Positions 41,503 to 48,251 of a DNA stretch of 64,000 nt are shown here, piece by piece; the first letter of the stretch is position 1, and each line of letters opens with the position of its first letter. A program made the position numbers and the translations under genes. Source of the stretch: an uncultured Clostridia bacterium (lineage in GTDB: Bacteria > Bacillota > Clostridia > Christensenellales > UBA1242); NCBI GenBank assembly GCA_949841045.1, contig CATKXS010000001.1, positions 60,717 through 124,716 of the forward strand, read 5' to 3'. The notes under the pieces are model-generated. The model was given only the letters and a program-made list of their open reading frames with translations, had not been told where the DNA came from and did not search any database.

Positions 41503-41508
41503 ATAGTT

Positions 41509-42231
41509 ATGGTAAAAACTTGGATAATAATTATAGGCATAATTGCTGTTTGCTTACTTTTATGCTTTCTTCTTGCAATTGCAAATTTTTCTGGCGAACG
41601 CTTTATGGAAAAATATGAAAAGATGAATGGAATTGATGCAAATACAAATTTATCGCCACTTGAATTTATAAATTATGTTTTGGGTAAATTCTTTGGCTGT
41701 AAAATGGAAATTGTTCAAATTTCAAACATAGCGGGAGACGCTTATAGCAAAGGCAAACTTTTTCTTTCAGGAAATACTTTGCATTTAAGAACACTTGCCT
41801 CTTATACCATAATTGCTCACGAAATGGGGCATGCAATGCAAGATAAAACGGGCAACAAATTAAAACGCCTTGCCCTCTTAAGAAAACTTGGTCGTGTGCT
41901 TGGAAGACTTATGATGCCAAGCATAATTGCTGGAATAATTTTACTCTTTTTTGGCCAAACACTTTTTATAGTGGGGTGCACCTTAATTGCACTTGGAATT
42001 TTAATTTTTATCCTTGCACTCATTATCAAACTCATGACAATATCCATTGAAAAAGATGCGTCAAACAATGCAATGAAATTTCTCGCTGAAATATTTGAAG
42101 ATGACCAACTTAAAGTTTGCAAGAAATTCCTAAATGACGCACGACTTACTTACTGGGCAGAATTTTTAAGAATTATTCTTGGCTGGACGGGTGCTTCACG
42201 AAAGGGCAAATTGTTTAATTTGATAAGATAA
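41509..42231 (+). CDS. YugP-family (Zn_peptidase_2) membrane zinc metallopeptidase, paralog 1
   Basis: 240 aa. It has an N-terminal TM, the HExxH motif IIAHEMGHAMQD, and central TM helices. Confidence 0.8.
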   Translation: MVKTWIIIIGIIAVCLLLCFLLAIANFSGERFMEKYEKMNGIDANTNLSPLEFINYVLGKFFGCKMEIVQISNIAGDAYSKGKLFLSGNTLHLRTLASYTIIAHEMGHAMQDKTGNKLKRLALLRKLGRVLGRLMMPSIIAGIILLFFGQTLFIVGCTLIALGILIFILALIIKLMTISIEKDASNNAMKFLAEIFEDDQLKVCKKFLNDARLTYWAEFLRIILGWTGASRKGKLFNLIR

Positions 42232-42262
42232 ACTTTAGATAAAACTAAAATTTGGAGGGAAT

Positions 42263-42979
42263 ATGGAATATTATTTAGGCTATATTATTTGCGGATTTGT
42301 TGTCGTGCTTGCAATCATTATTGCTGGTATTGCACAGGTAAAAGTAAGTTCAGCTTACAGTAAATACAAAGAGGTCTCATCTTCACTTGATATGACTGGC
42401 GGAGAACTTGCACAAAAGCTTGCTAGTGAACATGGAATAAATATAACAATTGCCTCAGCGCATGGTCATTTAATTGATAATTATAACTCTGCCAATAAGA
42501 CTCTGACGCTTTCAGAAGAAAACTATAACTCACGCTCACTTGCATCTCATGCAATCGTAGCTCATGAATTTGGTCATGCTCTTCAAGATGCGAAAGGATA
42601 TAAACCGCTTTTTATTCGCCAGGCAGTAATTAAAACCGCAAACTTCATTTCATCAATGCTTTTGCCAATGCTAATAATAGGAGTGCTTTTAGAGCTCTTT
42701 TGGTTTGCGGGTGTTGGAAATATTGTAATTTATATTTACGTTGGCATTTATGCGGTATCAGTAATTTGTTCGCTTGTGACTCTGCCAGTTGAATTTAATG
42801 CTTCCTCGCGTGCAAAGAAAATATTGTATGAAATGGGGTGCAACAGTCGTGAAGAAAGTGAGGGTGTAGATAGAGTGCTGAACGCTGCCGCAATGACATA
42901 CGTTGCTTCACTTCTTGTATCGCTTGCCTTCTTTATGAGAATGCTCTTCCTTCTATTGTCAATCACTCGCGATAGATAA
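42263..42979 (+). CDS. YugP-family (Zn_peptidase_2) membrane zinc metallopeptidase, paralog 2
   Basis: 238 aa. It has the N-terminal TM and QVKVSSAYSKY typical of YugP, the motif IVAHEFGHALQD, and a GGAGGG RBS. Confidence 0.85.
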   Translation: MEYYLGYIICGFVVVLAIIIAGIAQVKVSSAYSKYKEVSSSLDMTGGELAQKLASEHGINITIASAHGHLIDNYNSANKTLTLSEENYNSRSLASHAIVAHEFGHALQDAKGYKPLFIRQAVIKTANFISSMLLPMLIIGVLLELFWFAGVGNIVIYIYVGIYAVSVICSLVTLPVEFNASSRAKKILYEMGCNSREESEGVDRVLNAAAMTYVASLLVSLAFFMRMLFLLLSITRDR

Positions 42980-43095
42980 AATGCCTTCAATAAATCATAT
43001 GCTATTTTTATGCTACTAAAAAACATCTCAATAAATTCGCATCGTTTGCAAATCTAAAGAAATTAACGATAAACCTTAGGCAGTATTGTACTCAT

Positions 43096-43127
43096 AAAAA
43101 AATCCACGACAAATGCGTGGTTTTTTT
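43096..43127. terminator. bidirectional terminator downstream of glyQS and the YugP pair
   Basis: An A7 run, the stem CCACG (43104-43108), the loop ACAAATG, the stem CGTGG (43116-43120), then T7. Confidence 0.55.
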
Positions 43128-43131
43128 ATTT

Positions 43132-44508
43132 TTAGTTGAATTTTACACTATCTTGAATATATTTTGCAAGTTCATCAATATTTAATCTGATTTGTTCCAT
43201 GCTGTCGCGGTTACGAATTGTAACGGTGTTATTTTCAAGTGTGTCAAAATCTATTGTTACACAGAAAGGTGTTCCTATTTCGTCCTGACGGCGATAACGT
43301 TTCCCGATAGAGCCAGCTTCATCATAGTCGCACATGAATTCTTTGCTTAACATGCTATAAACTTCTTTTGCTTTTTCAGAAAGATTCTTTTGAAGTGGAA
43401 GAATTGCAACCTTGTATGGTGCAAGTGCAGGAAGTATGTGCATTACAACGCGAGTCTCACCATTTTCAAGCTCTTCTTCATCATATGCTTCACAAAGAAG
43501 TGCAAGGGTGAGTCTGTCAGCACCGATAGAATACTCAATAACAGTTGGAAGATATTTTTCGTTTGTTATAGGGTCAAGATAATTCATGTTTTTGCCACTG
43601 AACTCTTGGTGACGAGATAAGTCCCAAGTCCCGCGGTGGTGAATTCCATTAAGCTCTTGCCAGCCCATTGGAAATAAATATTGAATATCACATGCGGCTT
43701 TTGCATAGTGGGCGAGTTTGTCGTGGTCGTGGTATCTTAAATGGTCAGAAGCAAGCCCTAAGTCCTCAACAAAATTTAATGCACGATTTTTGTAATCATT
43801 ATAAATGTCCATGCTGTCACTATCTTTGCAGAACTTTTGAAGCTCCATTTGTTCAAATTCTATTGTTCTAAAAAGAAAGTTGCCTGGTGTGATTTCATTT
43901 CTGAATGATTTTCCTATTTGAGCAATTGCAAAAGGTACTTTCGCACGGGTGGTCCTTTGAACATTTAAAAAGTTCACATATTCGCCTTGACATGTCTCTG
44001 GTCTGAGATAAACAACATCACTTGCGTCACCAGTCATAGCACGAGAGGTGGTGAACATTGGATTAAATTTTCTAATAGCTGTGAAATCTCTCTTTCCACA
44101 AACAGGGCATTTTACGTCATGCTCTTCAATATATGCTTCCATTTCTTCGTTAGTCATGCCTTCTGCAGAGATTTTGCCTTTGCTGTGCGCTTCAATTAAA
44201 GTGTCAGCGCGGTGTCTTGTTTTACAATTTTTACAGTCCATTTTAGGGTCGCCAAAACTTTCAACGTGACCAGAAGCCTGCCAAACAGTAGGGTTCATAA
44301 GAATTGCTGCGTCAACTCCATAAGTTGTTGGGTCTTCTTGAACAAATCTTTTCCACCATGCTCTTTTAATGTTGTTTTTGAATTCTACACCAATAGGTCC
44401 GAAGTCCCAAGTGTTTGCAAATCCACCATAAATTTCACTTCCTGGGAAGATAAATCCGCGAGATTTACAAAGGTTGACAATTTTGTCCATAGTTACTTTT
44501 TTATCCAT
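43132..44508 (-). CDS. glyQS: glycine--tRNA ligase (dimeric class II type)
   Basis: 458 aa with the N-terminus MDKIVNLCKSRGFIFPGSEIYGGFANTWDFGPIGVEFKNNIKRAWW, class II motifs (FRNEITPGNFLFRTIEFEQME; GADRL), and an AAGGAG RBS. Confidence 0.95.
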   Translation of the reverse strand: MDKKVTMDKIVNLCKSRGFIFPGSEIYGGFANTWDFGPIGVEFKNNIKRAWWKRFVQEDPTTYGVDAAILMNPTVWQASGHVESFGDPKMDCKNCKTRHRADTLIEAHSKGKISAEGMTNEEMEAYIEEHDVKCPVCGKRDFTAIRKFNPMFTTSRAMTGDASDVVYLRPETCQGEYVNFLNVQRTTRAKVPFAIAQIGKSFRNEITPGNFLFRTIEFEQMELQKFCKDSDSMDIYNDYKNRALNFVEDLGLASDHLRYHDHDKLAHYAKAACDIQYLFPMGWQELNGIHHRGTWDLSRHQEFSGKNMNYLDPITNEKYLPTVIEYSIGADRLTLALLCEAYDEEELENGETRVVMHILPALAPYKVAILPLQKNLSEKAKEVYSMLSKEFMCDYDEAGSIGKRYRRQDEIGTPFCVTIDFDTLENNTVTIRNRDSMEQIRLNIDELAKYIQDSVKFN

Positions 44509-44570
44509 AATTTACTCCTTTTTATTGTTTTTTAAGCGTTTTTTGATGTATTTTTTAGCATTTTTGCAGT

Positions 44571-44770
44571 AAAAACAAAAAATCCCTACTGCTAACTAAG
44601 CAATAGGGGCGAGAGGATGCCTCACGCTGTTCCACCCTAATTCATAACTTAGACTTCAAATAAACTTCGCATTTCTTCATTTATTTTCAGTTTTAAGTCA
44701 CCTTCATTATGTCTTTACGCCGACACGCGTTAAGTTCGGGAGTTGCCAATTCCGTCATCACTATAAAAGT
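44571..44770 (-). promoter_or_regulatory. T-box riboswitch leader (glycine) with terminator
   Basis: The reverse strand carries the T-box sequence AATTAGGGTGGAACAGCGTGAGG (44642-44620). It also carries the terminator CCCTATTGCTTAGTTAGCAGTAGGG (44608-44584) followed by ATTTTTTGTTTTT, and a 5' UGAUGA GA-motif. The bulge UGGA fits the U73 discriminator of bacterial tRNA-Gly. Candidate specifier codons are GGC (44721-44719) or GGU (44702-44700); I cannot choose between them. Confidence 0.8.
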
Positions 44771-44799
44771 ATTGTATTCATTTTTTGAACTTTTGTCAA
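44771..44799 (-). promoter_or_regulatory. promoter of the glyQS T-box leader
   Basis: The reverse strand reads TTGACA (44799-44794), a 17-nt spacer, then TACAAT (44776-44771). Confidence 0.6.
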
Positions 44800-44803
44800 C
44801 TAT

Positions 44804-45376
44804 TTACTTTATTATTTCAAAATCATTGTAATCATTTATATTTTGATACTTAGGGTCATAATTTGTCTTAATTGTATCATTTGCTTCTTGTTTTTCTTTA
44901 AATTCGGCACGCTTTGCCTTTTTATCCATAGAACCTGCCACACTAAAAACAGTGATTAATGTTATTAATGGAGGAGGCAGGGCAATCCCCAGTGCTGTTC
45001 CGAGAGTTTTAAGAATGTGTGCATCGTAAAAATTGTTGTATTTTTCCTTTTCTTCGGCTGATGCATAATTATCAAAATAGTCATTTTTATCTTTGAGATT
45101 TTCGGTAAGAGAATCGTGTTCGTTTTGAGTAATACTTCCATTATTTAAAGATTCATCATATTCAGCAGTTTTTTCTTCAACATATTCATAATAATTTGTT
45201 TCAGAATGTAAAAAATCGTCAGCTATTTTGTTGCCAATATGAGAAACGGTTATTGTGCTTGCTCCGGTAAGTAATATACTAGCAAAAAGAACGCCCATTA
45301 ATATTGAAGGGCTATCAAGTCGTTTAGCCCATTTTTTGTAATATGCTGATGATTTAAGTTGAGAAAGTGGTTTCAT
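44804..45376 (-). CDS. hypothetical membrane protein (190 aa, two TM segments)
   Basis: It has a TAGGAG RBS and the TM segments ILMGVLFASILLTGASTITV and LGIALPPPLITLITVFSVAG. The loop between them is acidic and Tyr/Asn-rich. Confidence 0.7.
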   Translation of the reverse strand: MKPLSQLKSSAYYKKWAKRLDSPSILMGVLFASILLTGASTITVSHIGNKIADDFLHSETNYYEYVEEKTAEYDESLNNGSITQNEHDSLTENLKDKNDYFDNYASAEEKEKYNNFYDAHILKTLGTALGIALPPPLITLITVFSVAGSMDKKAKRAEFKEKQEANDTIKTNYDPKYQNINDYNDFEIIK

Positions 45377-45464
45377 TTTTACTCCTAAATATATCTAATA
45401 TATATATTAACATAAATACAGCGGATAGTCAATATTGAAATTTTAAAAACTATAATAATTAAAC

Positions 45465-45493
45465 TTTACATATTGATTTTTTTGTGATAGAAT
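45465..45493 (+). promoter_or_regulatory. candidate extended -10 promoter upstream of repeat copy B
   Basis: TTTACA (45465-45470), a 17-nt spacer, then TAGAAT (45488-45493) preceded by TGa. Confidence 0.45.
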
Positions 45494-45518
45494 AAGTCCT
45501 ATAGGAGCATTTATCCCT

Positions 45519-45584
45519 TTTGGAGCGACTTAGTCGCTATGCGAACATTCGTTCAAATGTTCATACACTAAATGTTTGGTGGAG
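45519..45584 (+). repeat. 66-nt repeat element, copy B (contains CGAAC-N4-GTTC), forming the 5' UTR of the 191-aa gene
   Basis: TTTGGAGCGACTTAGTCGCTATGCGAACATTCGTTCAAATGTTCATACACTAAATGTTTGGTGGAG. Its GGTGGAGG end serves as the SD for ATG 45590. Confidence 0.85.
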
Positions 45585-45589
45585 GAAAA

Positions 45590-46165
45590 ATGATAAGAGA
45601 GTTTAAATCTTTAGATGGGATTTCTACGCTGAAGCTTGAATTTTCCAAAGTAGATTTATTGGGGACAGAAAATATTAAAGAAACGCTTTCTGATATAATT
45701 GACGGAAACATTTTCTATGCGAAAAAAGATATAAGCGTCTATGTTTCTAACGCAAGACAAAGGGAGAGTATTGACTCTAGACAAAGATTTAGTTTGAATG
45801 GCAAAGTATACCTATTGACAGAAGAAAAATATAAAGTTACCGAAATGGACGAAGAGGCTTATTCAAAAGTAATTCATTATACAGACGGGCAAGAGGCTCT
45901 CGTAAAGGGTGGAAGATTCGACCAAGATTACGAGCTTGAGGTGAAAGATTGGGATTTGTTTAAACCAATTGATACACCAAAAAAGTTTTCTACCATTACA
46001 AAAAATGTGTATTTCAAAACGCCTTGGGGTGAGCGTGTGTTTGCTCCAAAAGGTAGCAAAATTTGCATTGAATATGCTGAGACGCGTGACTTTTTCATTG
46101 TGACAAATTCACTTTTCAAAGTTGCCTATCAAAAAATGGGTGACACTTATAAATCTTTTGATTAA
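45590..46165 (+). CDS. hypothetical protein (191 aa)
   Basis: I trimmed the track ORF to ATG 45590, which lies 5 nt after GGAGG. It looks soluble and I recognise no motif. Confidence 0.7.
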   Translation: MIREFKSLDGISTLKLEFSKVDLLGTENIKETLSDIIDGNIFYAKKDISVYVSNARQRESIDSRQRFSLNGKVYLLTEEKYKVTEMDEEAYSKVIHYTDGQEALVKGGRFDQDYELEVKDWDLFKPIDTPKKFSTITKNVYFKTPWGERVFAPKGSKICIEYAETRDFFIVTNSLFKVAYQKMGDTYKSFD

Positions 46166-46218
46166 AAAATTAATAAAAGAACATAAAAAATATTCACCAT
46201 TTGAAAGGTGGATATTTT

Positions 46219-46413
46219 GGGTATTATACCCTTTTTTATTATATGAAATATCTTTTTTTGTATACTTTTCAACGTATTCCTGAGGGCATTATGCCCTTTT
46301 TATTATGTGAAATAATTTTATTTTGAATATTTTTCGACATATTCTTGAGGGCATTATGCCCATTTTATTAAACAAATATTGTTATTTAGAATACTTTTCA
46401 ACGTATTCTTGGT
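46219..46413. repeat. 65-bp tandem repeat x3, each unit a terminator hairpin plus a copy of the ABC-F gene 3' end
   Basis: The hairpins are GGGTATTATACCC 46219-46231, GGGCATTATGCCC 46284-46296 and GGGCATTATGCCC 46349-46361. Each is followed by a T-run on the + strand. The period is exactly 65 bp, and the fourth period is the real coding end of the reverse-strand ABC-F gene. Confidence 0.9.
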
Positions 46414-47962
46414 ATGTGCCTGTAAAATCTATAATTTTATTTTCATCGACAATATCTATAATTCTGTTTGCAACAGTCTCAATAATTTCTTGGTCATGTG
46501 TTGCAAATAGAAGGTTGCCTCTGAAGTTTAACATTCCTTTATTGAGGGCAGTGATAGATTCAAGGTCGAGGTGGTTTGTTGGCTCGTCGAGGAGAACGAG
46601 GTTGCCTTGTTCAAGCATCATTTTTGCGAGCATACAGCGTACGCGTTCACCACCAGAAAGCACGTTTGCAGGCTTGAGGTTTTCTTCGCCAGTGAAGAGC
46701 ATTCTTCCAAGCCAACTTCTTATATATGTTTCGTTTTGGTCAGTTGAAAATTGTCTGAGCCAGTCAACAATTGAAGATGTATTTCCTTCAAAATATTCAT
46801 TGTTATTTTGAGGTAAATTTGTCATTTTTATTGTCTTTCCGACGAACACTTGACCGTGGTCTGGTTTTTCATTTCCGAGGATAATATTGAATAAAGTGGT
46901 TAAAATTTGGCTATTTTTTGCAAAAAAAGCCACTTTTTGCCCCTTTTCTATGTTAAAACTGAGATTTTTGAACATTCCAGACTTGGTAAGGTGGTCAACT
47001 TTCAAAATTTCTTTTCCAATCTCTTGAGTGTATTCAAAGTTGATATAAGGATACTTCCTTGAAGAAGGTTTAATGTCTTCAATAGTAAGTCTTTCGAGTT
47101 CACGTTTACGGCTTGTAGCCTGCTTTGATTTTGAGGCATTTGCAGAGAAACGGGCAATGAATTCTTTAAGTTCTTTGGCGCGTTGTTCTGCCTTTTTATT
47201 TTGGTCTTTCATCTGTCTTAAAATAAGTTGACTTGACTCATACCAGAAATCGTAGTTTCCGATGAACATGTTGATTTTGCCATAGTCAACGTCGCAAATG
47301 TGAGTGCAGACTTTGTTTAAAAAGTGACGGTTGTGGGATACGATAATGACAATGTTTTCAAAGTCTAAGAGATACTCTTCAAGCCAGCGAGAGGTTTTAA
47401 AGTCGAGGTTGTTTGTAGGTTCGTCCAAGATAAGAATATCAGGATTTCCAAAAAGTGCTTGAGCAAGCAAAATTTTAACTTTGACTTTTGCGTCAAGACT
47501 TCCCATTGTCTGTTCAAAGAGAGCCTCTTCAATTCCTAAGTTTTGAAGTAAACTTTTTGCTTCGCTTTCAGCTTCCCAGCCACCAAGCTCAGCAAATTCA
47601 GTTTCAAGTTCTCCTGCGCGAATTCCGTCAGCTTCGGTAAAGTCCTCTTTCATATAGAGTTCATCTTTTTCCTTTTGAACCTGCATAAGTCTTTTGTGGC
47701 CAAGTAGGACGGTGTTTAAAACTGTTTCATTGTCGTATGCGTTTTGGTTTTGGGCAAGAACAGACATGCGTTCACCAGGCGTGATAAAAATTTCACCGGT
47801 GTTAGGTTCGATTTCCCCAGTGATTATTTTGAGAAGGGTGGATTTTCCAGCGCCATTTGCGCCGATAACTCCATAACAATTACCTTTTGTAAATTTAAGG
47901 TTAACGTCTTTATAAAGCACTCGTCCACCAAAGGCGAGTGAGATGTTTGATACTTGTAACAT
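46382..47962 (-). CDS. ABC-F family ATPase (YbiT/YkpA-like, soluble tandem-NBD protein)
   Basis: 526 aa with two NBDs and no TM domain. NBD1 has Walker A GANGAGKST, and there is a charged inter-domain linker. NBD2 has the signature LSGGERVR and Walker B LVLLDEPTNHLD. The NBD2 Walker A is degenerate (AKNSQILTT). It has an AAGGAG RBS. Confidence 0.9.
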   Translation of the reverse strand: MLQVSNISLAFGGRVLYKDVNLKFTKGNCYGVIGANGAGKSTLLKIITGEIEPNTGEIFITPGERMSVLAQNQNAYDNETVLNTVLLGHKRLMQVQKEKDELYMKEDFTEADGIRAGELETEFAELGGWEAESEAKSLLQNLGIEEALFEQTMGSLDAKVKVKILLAQALFGNPDILILDEPTNNLDFKTSRWLEEYLLDFENIVIIVSHNRHFLNKVCTHICDVDYGKINMFIGNYDFWYESSQLILRQMKDQNKKAEQRAKELKEFIARFSANASKSKQATSRKRELERLTIEDIKPSSRKYPYINFEYTQEIGKEILKVDHLTKSGMFKNLSFNIEKGQKVAFFAKNSQILTTLFNIILGNEKPDHGQVFVGKTIKMTNLPQNNNEYFEGNTSSIVDWLRQFSTDQNETYIRSWLGRMLFTGEENLKPANVLSGGERVRCMLAKMMLEQGNLVLLDEPTNHLDLESITALNKGMLNFRGNLLFATHDQEIIETVANRIIDIVDENKIIDFTGTYQEYVEKYSK

Positions 47963-48175
47963 ATTAACTCCTTAAAATTTAGTATAAGGTAAAAAATGGA
48001 CAATGTCAATCTTTTTAAATAACCTAAAATTTTTTTTAAAACTTTTGGGTTTTTAAAGCTCTATTTTATCCGCAAAATAACTTCAAAATTATCATAATAT
48101 TTTTGCGCATTATATTTATAATATAATTGTAATTAAAATATTTTAATTGATTGCCTAAAAATGCTACAAATTTAT

Positions 48176-48204
48176 TTGCCTTTTTTAATAATAAAATTTA
48201 TACT
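48176..48204 (+). promoter_or_regulatory. candidate promoter of giant ORF 2
   Basis: TTGCCT (48176-48181), a 17-nt spacer, then TATACT (48199-48204), in a very AT-rich 277-bp divergent spacer. Confidence 0.35.
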
Positions 48205-48251
48205 ATAAATAGTACATTTTGATTTAACCAAAAAAAGAAATGAGGTGTCAA

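Noticed and set aside
46323-46811. A 162-aa + strand ORF overlapping the ABC-F gene and the 65-bp repeat.
   Set aside because: It is antisense to a well-supported ABC-F coding frame. Its sequence is Ser/Arg/Ile-rich with no RBS, so it is a shadow ORF.
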